A DNA stretch of 64,000 bases from assembly GCF_009914755.1 (NCBI RefSeq), contig NC_060939.1, one strand, 5' to 3'. The notes beneath the pieces were generated by a model. The model was not told where the DNA came from, did not search any database, and was given only the letters and a program-made list of their open reading frames with translations. Below, in pieces: positions 43,423-56,000 of the stretch; the stretch's first letter is position 1, and every line of letters starts with the position of its first letter. The position numbers and the translations under genes are program-made. Source of the DNA: the human T2T-CHM13v2.0 reference genome, Homo sapiens.

Positions 43423-46400
43423 TTGTGTGTGTGCGGTGTGAGGTATGGGCCCCTTAAGGAAATGGAAATCAACCAACCAATGGGACAGACAGACAGACAG
43501 ACAGACAGAGATTCACTTGCCCAAGTGTTCTGTCCTGTCCTCTGAATCCGCTTTCAAGTCGCAAGACGCTGTGAGCTCCAAGTCCACGCAGAGTCCGCCA
43601 AACGCTGCGGCCGCTGATCCGCTCCGCGAAGATCTGAGTACAGGCCAGCCAGGGTGGGTTTAAATAGCCTCGGGCGCAGCCTAGCAGCGGAAAGGGCGGA
43701 GCTTCACTCCTCCTTTCCATCAGTCACCCCCAACTTTCCCAGGCTACACCTCGTAGGAAACTGTTCTCCTGCTTTGATTTCATGCGCCACCTTTGGGACA
43801 ATCTAAGAACTTACAGGTTTTCTTGGCCAGATTTATTAGGAATTGTATGCACTGAAACACTGAAAACCAACTAGTGGTTCTGTGCTTCCCACGTTGTGGT
43901 TTTGACACCAGCAGCATCCTTGCCACAATCAAACCCCGGAGATCCGCAGATCTGTGTTGTAACAAGACCTCCCCCTGACCCTGAAGCGTGGCAGTTGAAG
44001 AAGTCTTTCCGTGTAAGCGAAAAGACTTTGAAGAAAAGGTGGAGATATGCGTTGTATAAACATTCTTTTGCTCTGGAACCACGTAGAGACTTGGGAGCCA
44101 GTTGGGTGGAGCATTCGTTGGATGAGGGTGCTCGGGTTAGGAATATCAAGGTGTTTCTCCAGATAATCCAATCATCTAATTAAGATTCCAGTTATGCTCA
44201 TCTGTTTTAAAATTCCGTTTGGGTAAATTCTTTTAGTCAGACTGAGAATGGCAAAGCCTCAACCCCAATTTCCAGGGAGGGTGGAGAGCCTCAGGTGGAG
44301 TTGATCACCAATAGCCTATGGTTTAACCCATCATGCCTATAGAATGAGGTCTCCATCAAAACCCAAAAGGACTGGGTTCAGAGAGCTTCTGGATAACACT
44401 TCCTGGAAGGTAGTGCACCCCTCCCCGCATGCCGGGCCCCACATTTATTTCTGAACTTTGTGCAATGTCCGCTAAAATACAACGGCAAATGTAAGTGTTT
44501 CCCTGCGTGCTGTGAGCTCTTCCAGCAAATGAATGCAACTAAATCTGGGAGTGGTGGCAACCTGATTTATAGCCAGTTGCTGAGAAGCACAGGTAAAACA
44601 ACGTAGGGCTTCCCATTGTTATTGGTGTGGGAGGCCTGTCTGGCGGGACTCGGCCCTTTGGAATCTAATGCTATGTCCCGGTAGATAGCGTCACCATTGA
44701 ATTAGAAGACACACATATGTGGAGAATAATCTTTCTGGTCATTTAGTGCATGTCATATTTACAATATGTAATCAAATTCTTTATCCTGACCTCATGGCAC
44801 CTGGGTTTAGGACCATGATTTGAACCAAACGTTGGTCTGTCACTTTCTGAGTTTGAAACTTTATTTTGCCTTTAGCGTTTTGCTATTGCTTTTTCGTTTT
44901 CTTTTGTTTCGTTTCGTTTCTAAGTTCTGGGGTATATGTGCAGGATGTGCAGATTTGTTACTAAGGTAAACGTGTGCCATTTTTGTTTGTTGCACCTGTC
45001 AACCCGTCACCTAGGTATTAAGCCCAGCATGCAGTAGCTGTTTTTCTTAACGCTCTGCCTCCCGAAAGGCCCCAGTGTGTGTTGTTCCCCTTCCTGTGTC
45101 CATGGGATCTCACTTTTCAGCTCCCATTATAAGTGAGAAGGTGGCGTTTGGTTTTCTTTCCCTGGATTAGTTTGCTGACGATAATGACCACACATCACCA
45201 CTGTTTTTGTTTTTTAGTATAAAGAGTAGTATTTTATTGAATAAGATTTGCTCACAGAAAAATAAGTTTAAATCTACAATGAATGCCAGACCCTATAGCA
45301 GAAAGCAATTTTCTCACTTTTCCACACACAATGGTTCCTACTAAGTGAAAAAAAAGCCATAAAATTTCATTCACAAATGTACTACTCTGTCTCAAAACAT
45401 CTCACGTAATCATGCACTGTACTAAAGCCATCAGATCAGTTCTTCAGTCAGGTTAAAGAAGTATCCCTCTAATAACTGACTCTTATAATGCTATCAATAT
45501 GCACTCCCAATCAGTCTGCCATTGTTAATGGTGTACAGCATTACTGAATACAACGGAATTGATGACGCCCATATCCACAGACAAACCGTGACTTATGATG
45601 GTTTGATTTATGATTTTTCAACGTTATGATGGGTTTATTGGAATATTAGATTCGTTTCTGAGTTACACTGGGTTTATGAGTATGCGACCCTACACTCCAG
45701 AAACAGCTGTATAAGGAAAAACAGGTGTACCTAATAAAAATATGCTTAGTGACTTGGGATAAACCAATAGATGTTCACAAGTGATGGAGAGCCGTGAAAG
45801 AGAGATAGCGGTAAATATTTACAATAACACAATTTTCCTGCACCTGTCGAGGATTTCCCCCAAAAAACGCAGAATGTGGGATGCACCTAAGGCATATGAA
45901 AGAGAGAGGGCAGAAGGAGTAAGAGAGAAATAGGAGGAAGGAAGGAAGGAAGGAAGCAAGGAAGAAAGGAAGGAAGGAAAGAAGGAAGGTAGGACGGACG
46001 GAAGGAAGGAAGGAAGGAAGGAAGGAAAGAAGGAAGGAAGGAAGGAAGGAAAGAAGGATGAAAGGAAGGAGAAAACACCGGTGTTACTAAAACCCCCCAA
46101 AAAATGGTTTCCCCCTGTGGGTAAGCCTACAATGTGGATGAATCTTGAAAATATTGTGCTACGTGTTATGTCAGTCATAGCAGCTCACCTATTGTGCAAT
46201 TCCGTTTATAGGAAATGTCCACAATATGGAAATCTATGCATATGGGATTGATCGCACTAGGTAGTTGCTACCTAGGGCTGAGGGTCAGGGAGAGGGTTTG
46301 AGACAGAATGAGGAGTGACTAATGTCTACAGGGTCTTTCTCTGGTCGGGGGTGATAAGACGTTTTACAATGGATTGCGAATTAAAATTGAATGTGCACAA

Positions 46401-46667
46401 CCACAGGTATACTAAAAGCCACTCAATTCATGACCTTTAATGGGGGAATCTTACGTGGCGTAGTCTCATGGAGACCACGGCAGACATAGTGAGAGAGAAA
46501 AAGGTGAGTAAATATCTGAAACGGAGGCAGAAACAGAGAGAATGAAAAGCCCTGTGAATGGAAGGGAGAGCGAAAAGGGAAAATGGTCCTATTTACAAAT
46601 GACAGATGTGAAACTGGGGTTCACATCAACAGTGTCACTGCCAGGAAGGAGGGTCATGCTAGCCATG

Positions 46668-49649
46668 TCACCGGTAGTGTGGCCCGCAGGGACGCCGACC
46701 TGCTGGAGCGTCGTGCCAGCATGGACTGTGGCAACCACGTGGGCCAGCAGGAGGTTCCCGCTGCACAGCTGTGGGGTGAGGATAGACTGGGTGGTGATAT
46801 CGGCCATTACAGGGGCCTCTTCTGCTGGCAAGAGTGTGACAGTAGCAAGTAGATGGACAGGCCTGCGTGTGAGGACGGAATGCAGGAGGGGTTCTTGTGC
46901 GCCTGGGTGTGGGGCCCTCACGGGAACCGTGGAGAAATGGCCAGGTAACTGCGTCATGTGGGCTAGTAGATTGGCCAGGGCTTCGAACTGAAGGACGATA
47001 ATGGGGAGTAGCTGTCAGGCCCTGGGAGTGCCTGAGTGTAAGTGGAGATGGGTTTGGGGTCACTGAGGGATGCGTGGGAGCCATCCCTGTATAGGTACAG
47101 GTCATAGGGAGATAGTCTCGTGAGGCCTGTGAGTGTCTAGGGTTGTCCTGGGTGCCTGGGGCTGACTGTGGCAGAAATCTGGGGAAGGCTGGAGAGAAGC
47201 TGGGAGACCCAGGAGAGTCCCTGAAGGCAGGGGGTGAAGAGGTGAAAGAAATGGGGGAGGGTTGCAGTAAGGTCCGTGAGTTTGTAGGTGATTCCTGGGT
47301 GCGGGAAGCTGACTCCAGGTGAAATCTGGAGATGGTTGGAGAGTAGCTGAGAGAGACAGAAGAGTCCCTGAGGGCTGGGGGTGAGAACATGAGGGAGACG
47401 GGGGAGTAAGTCAGTGAAATTCGTGAGTTCGGTGGTGTATCGTGGGTGCCTGGAACTGACTCCAGCTGGAATCTAGAGAAGTTTTGAGAGTAGCTGAAGG
47501 AGACACAAGAGTCCCTGTGGGCTGAGGGCAAAGACCTGAGAGAGACCAGGGAGGACCTCAGTGAAGTCTGTGAGTCTGTAGGTGATTCCGGAGTGTGGGA
47601 GGCTGACTCCCGCTGAAATCTGGGCGTGGTGGGAGAGTAGCTGGGACAGACAGGAGAGTCCCAGGGGGCTGGGGGTGAAGACATGAGAGAGACTGGGGAG
47701 TAACTCAGTGAAATTGCTGAGTTGGTTGGTGATACCTGGGTGCCTGGAACTGACCCCCGCTGAAATCTGGGCATAGTTGGAGAGTAGCTGGGACACACAG
47801 GAGAGTCCCTGAGGGCTGGGGGTGAAGACATGAGCGAGACCGGGGAGTAACTGAGTGAAACTGGTGAGTTTGGTGGTGACTCCGGGGTGCCTGGAACGGA
47901 CTCCAGCTGAAATGTGGGCGTGGTTGGAGAGTAGCTGGGACAGACAGGAGAGTCCCTGAGGACTGGTGAAGACATGAGAGAGAGTGGAGAGTAATTGAGT
48001 GAAATTGGTGAGTTTAGTGGTGATTCCTGGGTGCCTGGAACTGACTCCCGCTGAAGTGTGGGCGTGCTTGGAGAGTAGCTGGGACAGACAGGCAAGTCCC
48101 TGAGGGTTGGAGATAAAGACGTGCTAGAGACTGAGGAGTAACTGAGTGAAATTGGTGAGTTTGGTGGTGATTCCGGGGTGCCTGGAACGGACTCCAGCTG
48201 AAATGTGGGCGTGGTTGGAGAGTAGCTGGGACAGACGGGAGAGTCCCTGAGGGATGGTGAAGACATGAGAGAGACTGGGGAGTAACGCAGTGAAATTGGT
48301 GAGTTTGGTGGTGATTTCTGGGTGCCTGCAACGGACTCCCGCTGAAGTGTGGGCGTGCTTGGAGAGTAGCTGGGACAGACAGGCGAGTCCCTGAGGGTTG
48401 GAGATAAAGACGTGCTGGAGACTGGGGAGTAACTCAGTGAAAGTGGTGGGCTTGGTGGTGATCCCAGGGTTCCTGGAACAGACCCGCGCTGAAATGTGGG
48501 CGTGGTTGGAGAGTAGCTGGGACAGACTGGAGGGTCCGTAAGGGCTGGGGGTGAAGACGTGAGAGAGACTGGCGAGGATCTCACTGAGGTCTGTGAGTTT
48601 GTAGGTGTTTCTGGGGTGTGGGGTACAGACTCCCGCTGAAATCTGGGCGTAGTTGGAGAGTAGCTGGGACAGACAGGAGAGTCATGGGTGGCTGGGGGTG
48701 AGCTGCTGGATGATGGCAGTAAGAACATATGGTACATTATTGATGAATGAGGTGACTGTGAAGAATCTCCAGATGAGGACACGGGAGAACACAATGACAT
48801 GAGTGACTGTCCTGCTTGGTTAGGAAAGGGAAACGTAAAGTTGTGGAATTCTGTTGATGATGGATGTGAGAGTGGTGAAGCCCTGCGGGATGATGTAGAG
48901 GACTTCCACATCCCTGGTGAGGAGCTGCCCCTTGGGTCTGAGTTTCTGGGAGGGGAGAGGGAGAAGCTGGGTGAGGCAGGCATGAATCTTGAGGAGTCAG
49001 GGCTGGGGGACCGCTCATATTCTCCCGAGACCTGTGAGTCTCTGGGGGACTCCTGGGTGCATGGGGCTGACTCCCGCAGGAACCTGGGGATGGCTGGAGA
49101 GTAACTGGGAGCCACAGGAGGGTCCCTGAGGCCTGGGGGTGAAGAGATGCAAGACACAGGGGTGGAGCAGCGTGAGGCTCGTGAGTTTGTAGGTGATTCC
49201 TGGGTGTGGGGGGCTGACTCCAGCTGAAATCTGGGGTTGTTTGGAGAGTAGCTGGGAGACACAGGAGACCCCCCGAGAGCTGGGGGTGAGCTGCTGGGTG
49301 ATGGCAGTAAGAACATGTGGTATATTATTGATGAACGTGGGGACTCTGAGGAGTCCTCAGAGGAGGACACGGCAGAGCCCAATGGCTTCATTGATTGCCC
49401 ATCACGGTGAGGACAGGGAAATGGGAGCTTGTGGGATTCTGGTGATGACAGAGGTGAGTGTGGTGAAGCCCTAGGGGATGGTGAATGGTAGTTCCGGATC
49501 CCTGGTGAGGAGCTTCCCCTTAAGCCTGAGTTTCTGAGAGGGGAGAGGGAGAAGTTGGGTGAGGCTCGCATGGACCTTGGGGTGTCCGTGCTGGGGGACC
49601 GTTCATAAGAAGAGCCAGACAAGACCCTACTGTTCTTAGGTGCAGACAT
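46668..49649 (-). CDS. Putative 993-aa CTD-like heptad-repeat protein (copy 6)
   Basis: Intact ORF from the conserved ATG (cat at 49647-49649); the ORF-track extension to 49808 uses a non-ATG start. Confidence 0.5.
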   Translation of the reverse strand: MSAPKNSRVLSGSSYERSPSTDTPRSMRASPNFSLSPLRNSGLRGSSSPGIRNYHSPSPRASPHSPLSSPESHKLPFPCPHRDGQSMKPLGSAVSSSEDSSESPRSSIIYHMFLLPSPSSSPPALGGSPVSPSYSPNNPRFQLESAPHTQESPTNSRASRCSTPVSCISSPPGLRDPPVAPSYSPAIPRFLRESAPCTQESPRDSQVSGEYERSPSPDSSRFMPASPSFSLSPPRNSDPRGSSSPGMWKSSTSSRRASPLSHPSSTEFHNFTFPFPNQAGQSLMSLCSPVSSSGDSSQSPHSSIMYHMFLLPSSSSSPPATHDSPVCPSYSPTTPRFQRESVPHTPETPTNSQTSVRSSPVSLTSSPPALTDPPVCPSYSPTTPTFQRGSVPGTLGSPPSPPLSLSYSPVSSTSLSPTLRDSPVCPSYSPSTPTLQRESVAGTQKSPPNSPISLRYSPVSLMSSPSLRDSPVCPSYSPTTPTFQLESVPGTPESPPNSPISLSYSSVSSTSLSPTLRDLPVCPSYSPSTPTLQRESVPGTQESPLNSPISLNYSPLSLMSSPVLRDSPVCPSYSPTTPTFQLESVPGTPESPPNSPVSLSYSPVSLMSSPPALRDSPVCPSYSPTMPRFQRGSVPGTQVSPTNSAISLSYSPVSLMSSPPAPWDSPVCPSYSPTTPRFQRESASHTPESPTDSQTSLRSSLVSLRSLPSAHRDSCVSFSYSQNFSRFQLESVPGTHDTPPNSRISLTYSPVSLMFSPPALRDSSVSLSYSPTISRFHLESASRTQESPTNSRTLLQPSPISFTSSPPAFRDSPGSPSFSPAFPRFLPQSAPGTQDNPRHSQASRDYLPMTCTYTGMAPTHPSVTPNPSPLTLRHSQGLTATPHYRPSVRSPGQSTSPHDAVTWPFLHGSREGPTPRRTRTPPAFRPHTQACPSTCYCHTLASRRGPCNGRYHHPVYPHPTAVQREPPAGPRGCHSPCWHDAPAGRRPCGPHYR

Positions 49650-52600
49650 GATTAGGAAACCTGCAGCTCCCAGGGGCCCCCAATAATGTTCTAACTCGCA
49701 GAAGGAAGGAGTGTGTGTGCGTGTGTGCGGGTGCGTGTGTGTGTGTGTGTGTGCTTGTGTGTGTGCGGTGTGAGGTATGTGCCCCTTAAGAAAATGGAAA
49801 TCAACCAACCAATGAGACAGAGAGACAGACAGACAGACAGAGATTCACTTGCCCAAGTGTTCTGTCCTGTCCTCTGAATCCGCTTCCAAGTCACAAGACG
49901 CTGTGAGCTCCAAGTCCACGCAGAGTCCGCCAAACGCTGCGGCCGCTGATCCGCTCCGCGAAGATCTGAGTACAGGCCAGCCAGGGTGGGTTTAGATAGC
50001 CTCGGGCGCAGCCTAGCAGCGGAAAGGGCGGAGCTTCACTCCTCCTTTCCATCAGTCACCCCCAACTTTCCCAGGCTACACCTCGTAGGAAACTGTTCTC
50101 CTGCTTTGATTTCATGCGCCACCTTTGGGACAATCTAAGAACTTACAGGTTTTCTTGGCCAGATTTATTAGGAATTGTATGCACTGAAACACTGAAAACC
50201 AACTAGTGGTTCTGTGCTTCCCACGTTGTGGTTTTGACACCAGCAGCATCCTTGCCACAATCAAACCCCGGAGATCCGCAGATCTGTGTTGTAACAAGAC
50301 CTCCCCCTGACCCTGAAGCGTGGCAGTTGAAGAAGTCTTTCCGTGTAAGCGAAAAGACTTTGAAGAAAAGGTGGAGATATGCGTTGTATAAACATTCTTT
50401 GGCTCTGGAACCACGTAGAGACTTGGGAGCCAGTTGGGTGGAGCATTCGTTGGATGAGGGTGCTCGGGTTAGGAATATCAAGGTGTGGCTCCAGATAATC
50501 CAATCATCTAATTAAGATTCCAGTTATGCTCATCTGTTTTAAAATTCCGTTTGGGTAAATTCTTTTAGTCAGACTGAGAATGGCAAAGCCTCAACCCCAA
50601 TTTCCAGGGAGGGTGGAGAGCCTCAGGTGGAGTTGATCACCAATACCCTATGGTTTAACCCATCATGCCTATAGAATGAGGTCTCCATCAAAACCCAAAA
50701 GGACTGGGTTCAGAGAGCTTCTGGATAACACTTCCTGGAAGGTAGTGCGCCCCTCCCCGCATGGCGGGCCCCACATTTATTTCTGAACTTTGTGCAATGT
50801 CCGCTAAAATACAACGGCAAATTTAAGTGTTTCCCTGCGTGCTGTGAGCTCTTCCAGCAAATGAATGCAACTAAATCTGGAAGTGGTGGCAACCTGATTT
50901 ATAGCCAGTTGCTGAGAAGTACAGGTAAAACAACTTAGGGCTTCCCATTGTTATTGGTGTGGGAGGCCTGTCTGGCGGGACTCGGCCCTTTGGAATCTAA
51001 TGCTATGTCCCGGTAGATAGCGTCACCATTGAATTAGAAGACACACATATGTGGAGAATAATCTTTCTGGTCATTTGCTGCATGTCTTATTTACAATATG
51101 TAATCAAATTCTTTATCCTGACCTTATGGCACCTGGGTTTGAACCAAAAGTTGGTCTGTCACTTTCTGAGTTTGAAACTTTATTTTGCCTTTAGCGTTTT
51201 GCTATTGCTTTTTCGTTTTCTTTTGTTTCGTTTCGTTTCTAAGTTCTGGGGTATATGTGCAGGATGTGCAGATTTGTTACTAAGGTAAACGTGTGCCATG
51301 GTGGTTTGCTGCACCTGTCAACCCGTCACCTAGGTATTAAGCCCAGCATGCAGTAGCTGTTTTTCTTAACGCTCTGCCTCCCGAAAGGCCCCAGTGTGTG
51401 TTGTTCCCCTTCCTGTGTCCATGGCATCTCACTTTTCAGCTCCCATTATAAGTGAGAAGGTGGCGTTTGGTTTTCTTTCCCTGGATTAGTTTGCTGACGA
51501 TAATGACCACACATCACCACTGTTTTTGTTTTTTAGTATAAAGAGTAGTATTTTATTGAATAAGATTTGCTCACAGAAAAATAAGCTTAAATCTACAATG
51601 AATGCCAGACCCTACAGCAGAAAGCAATTTTCTCACTTTTCCACACACAATGGTTCCTACTAAGTGAAAAAAAAGCCATAAAATTTCATTCACAAATGTA
51701 CTACTCTGTCTCAAAACATCTCACGTAATCATGCACTGTACTAAAGCCATCAGATCAGTTCTTCAGTCAGGTTAAAGAAGTATCCCTCTAATAACTGACT
51801 TTTATAATGCTATCAATATCCACTCCCAGTCTGCCATTGTTAATGGTGTACAGCATTACTGAATACGACGGAATTGATGACGCCCATATCCACAGACAAA
51901 CCGTGACTTATGATGGTTTGATTTATGATTTTTCAACGTTATGATGGGTTTATTGGAATATTAGATTCGTTTTTGAGTTACACTGGGTTTATGAGTATGC
52001 GACCCTACACTCCAGAAACAGCTGTATAAGGAAAAACAGGTGTACCTAATAAAAATATGCTTAGTGACTTGGGATAAACCAATAGATGTTCACAAGTGAT
52101 GGAGAGCCGTGAAAGAGAGATAGCGGTAAATAGTTACAATAACACAATTTTCCTGCACATGTCGAGGATTTCCCCCAAAAAACGCAGAATGTGGGATGCA
52201 CCTAAGGCATATGAAAGAGAGAGGGCAGAAGGAGTAAGAGAGAAATAGGAGGAAGGAAGGAAAAAGGAAAGAAGGAAGTTAGGACGGAAGGAAGGAAGGA
52301 AGGAAGGGAGGAAAGAAGGACGAAAGGAAGGAGAAAACACCGGTGTTACTAAAACCCCCCAAAAAATGGTTTCCCCCTGTGGGTAAGCCTACAATGTGGA
52401 TGAATCTTGAAAATATTGTGCTACGTGTTATGTCAGTCATAGCAGCTCACCTATTGTGCAATTCCGTTTATAGGAAATGTCCACAATATGGAAATCTATG
52501 CATATGGGATTGATCGCACTAGGTAGTTGCTACCTAGGGCTGAGGGTCAGGGAGAGGGTTTGAGACAGAATGAGGAGTGACTAATGTCTACAGGGTCTTT

Positions 52601-53058
52601 CTCTGGTCGGGGGTGATAAGACGTTTTACAATGGATTGCGAATTAAAATTGAATGTGCACAACCACAGGTATACTAAAAGCCACTCAATTCATGACCTTT
52701 AATGGGGGAATCTTACGTGGCGTAGTCTCATGGAGACCACGGCAGACATAGTGAGAGAGAAAAAGGTGAGTAAATATCTGAAACGGAGGCAGAAACAGAG
52801 AGAATGAAAAGCCCTGTGAATGGAAGGGAGAGCGAAAAGGGAAAATGGTCCTATTTACAAATGACAGATGTGAAACTGGGGTTCACATCAACAGTGTCAC
52901 TGCCAGGAAGGAGGGTCATGCTAGCCATGTCACCGGTAGTGTGGCCCGCAGGGACGCCGACTTGCTGGAGCGTCGTGCCAGCATGGGCTGTGGCAACCAC
53001 GTGGGTCAGCAGGAGGTTCCCGCTGCACAGCTGTGGGGTGAGGATAGACTGGGTGGTG

Positions 53059-56000
53059 CTATCGGCCATTACAGGGGCCTCTTCTGCTGGCAAGAGTGTG
53101 ACAGTAGCAAGTAGATGGACAGGCCTGCGTGTGAGGACGGAATGCAGGAGGGGTTCTTGTGCGCCTGGGTGTGGGGCCCTCACGGGAACCGTGGAGAAAT
53201 GGCCAGGTAACTGCGTCATATGGGCTAGTAGATTGGCCAGGGCTTCGAACTGAAGGACGATAACGGGGAGTAGCTGTCAGGCCCTGGGAGTGCCTGAGTG
53301 TAAGTGGAGATGGGTTTGGGGTCACTGAGGGATGCGTGGGAGCCATCCCTGTATAGGTACAGGTCATAGGGAGATAGTCTCGTGAGGCCTGTGAGTGTCT
53401 AGGGTTGTCCTGGGTGCCTGGGGCTGACTGTGGCAGAAATCTGGGGAAGGCTGGAGAGAAGCTGGGAGACCCAGGAGAGTCCCTGAAGGCAGGGGGTGAA
53501 GAGGTGAAAGAAATGGGGGAGGGTTGCAGTAAGGTCCGTGAGTTTGTAGGTGATTCCTGGGTGCGGGAAGCTGACTCCAGGTGAAATCTGGAGATGGTTG
53601 GAGAGTAGCTGAGAGAGACAGAAGAGTCCCTGAGGGCTGGGGGTGAGAACATGAGGGAGACGGGGGAGTAAGTCAGTGAAATTCGTGAGTTCGGTGGTGT
53701 ATCGTGGGTGCCTGGAACTGACTCCAGCTGGAATCTAGAGAAGTTTTGAGAGTAGCTGAAGGAGACACAAGAGTCCCTGTGGGCTGAGGGCAAAGACCTG
53801 AGACAGACCAGGGAGGACCTCAGTGAAGTCTGTGAGTCTGTAGGTGATTCCGGAGTGTGGGAGGCTGACTCCCGCTGAAATCTGGGCGTGGTGGGAGAGT
53901 AGCTGGGACAGACAGGAGAGTCCCAGGGGGCTGGGGGTGAAGACATGAGAGAGACTGGGGAGTAACTCAGTGAAATTGCTGAGTTGGTTGGTGATACCTG
54001 GGTGCCTGGAACTGACCCCCGCTGAAATCTGGGCATGGTTGGAGAGTAGCTGGGACACACAGGAGAGTCCCTGAGGGCTGGGGGTGAAGACATGAGCGAG
54101 ACCGGGGAGTAACTGAGTGAAACTGGTGAGTTTGGTGGTGACTCCGGGGTGCCTGGAACTGACTCCAGCTGAAATGTGGGCGTGGTTGGAGAGTAGCTGG
54201 GACAGACAGGAGAGTCCCTGAGGACTGGTGAAGACATGAGAGAGACTGGAGAGTAATTGAGTGAAATTGGTGAGTTTGGTGGTGATTCCTGGGTGCCTGG
54301 AACTGACTCCCGCTGAAGTGTGGGCGTGGTTGGAGAGTAGCTGGGACACACAGGAGAGTCCCTGAGGGTTGGAGATAAAGACGTGCTAGAGACTGAGGAG
54401 TAACTGAGTGAAATTGGTGAGTTTGGTGGTGATTCCGGGGTGCCTGGAACGGACTCCAGCTGAAATGTGGGCGTGGTTGGAGAGTAGCTGGGACAGACGG
54501 GAGAGTCCCTGAGGGATGGTGAAGACATGAGAGAGACTGGGGAGTAACGCAGTGAAATTGGTGAGTTTGGTGGTGATTTCTGGGTGCCTGCAACGGACTC
54601 CCGCTGAAGTGTGGGCGTGCTTGGAGAGTAGCTGGGACAGACAGGCGAGTCCCTGAGGGTTGGAGATAAAGACGTGCTAGAGACTGAGGAGTAACTGAGT
54701 GAAATTGGTGAGTTTGGTGGTGATTCCGGGGTGCCTGGAACGGACTCCAGCTGAAATGTGGGCGTGGTTGGAGAGTAGCTGGGACAGACGGGAGAGTCCC
54801 TGAGGGATGGTGAAGACATGAGAGAGACTGGGGAGTAACGCAGTGAAATTGGTGAGTTTGGTGGTGATTTCTGGGTGCCTGCAACGGACTCCCGCTGAAG
54901 TGTGGGCGTGCTTGGAGAGTAGCTGGGACAGACAGGCGAGTCCCTGAGGGTTGGAGATAAAGACGTGCTGGAGACTGGGGAGTAACTCAGTGAAAGTGGG
55001 GGGCTTGGTGGTGATCCCAGGGTTCCTGGAACTGACCCGCGCTGAAATGTGGGCGTGGTTGGAGAGTAGCTGGGACAGACTGGAGGGTCCGTAAGGGCTG
55101 GGGGTGAAGACGTGAGAGAGACTGGCGAGGATCTCACTGAGGTCTGTGAGTTTGTAGGTGTTTCTGGGGTGTGGGGTACAGACTCCCGCTGAAATCTGGG
55201 CGTAGTTGGAGAGTAGCTGGGACAGACAGGAGAGTCATGGGTGGCTGGGGGTGAGCTGCTGGATGATGGCAGTAAGAACATATGGTACATTATTGATGAA
55301 TGAGGTGACTGTGAAGAATCTCCAGAGGAGGACACGGGAGAACACAATGACATGAGTGACTGTCCTGCTTGGTTAGGAAAGGGAAACGTAAAGTTGTGGA
55401 ATTCTGTTGATGATGGATGTGAGAGTGGTGAAGCCCTGCGGGATGATGTAGAGGACTTCCACATCCCTGGTGAGGAGCTGCCCCTTGGGTCTGAGTTTCT
55501 GGGAGGGGAGAGGGAGAAGCTGGGTGAGGCAGGCATGAATCTTGAGGAGTCAGGGCTGGGGGACCGCTCATATTCTCCCGAGACCTGTGAGTCTCTGGGG
55601 GACTCCTGGGTGCATGGGGCTGACTCCCGCAGGAACCTGGGGATGGCTGGAGAGTAACTGGGAGCCACAGGAGGGTCCCTGAGGCCTGGGGGTGAAGAGA
55701 TGCAAGACACAGGGGTGGAGCAGCGTGAGGCTCGTGAGTTTGTAGGTGATTCCTGGGTGTGGGGGGCTGACTCCAGCTGAAATCTGGGGTTGTTTGGAGA
55801 GTAGCTGGGAGACACAGGAGACCCCCCGAGAGCTGGGGGTGAGCTGCTGGGTGATGGCAGTAAGAACATGTGGTATATTATTGATGAACGTGGGGACTCT
55901 GAGGAGTCCTCAGAGGAGGACACGGCAGAGCCCAATGGCTTCATTGATTGCCCATCACGGTGAGGACAGGGAAATGGGAGCTTGTGGGATTCTGGTGATG

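Noticed and set aside
49650-49808. N-terminal extension of copy 6 to 1046 aa
   Set aside because: Non-ATG start running through the (CA)n microsatellite; arises from loss of an upstream stop in one copy only
53735-54884. Overlapping minus-strand ORFs in other frames (204 aa MSQLLSNH..., up to 305 aa QAPRNHHQ...)
   Set aside because: Shadow ORFs from triplet-length repeats on a stop-poor, C-rich strand; much shorter and variable between copies. They do caution that base composition helps keep frames open.
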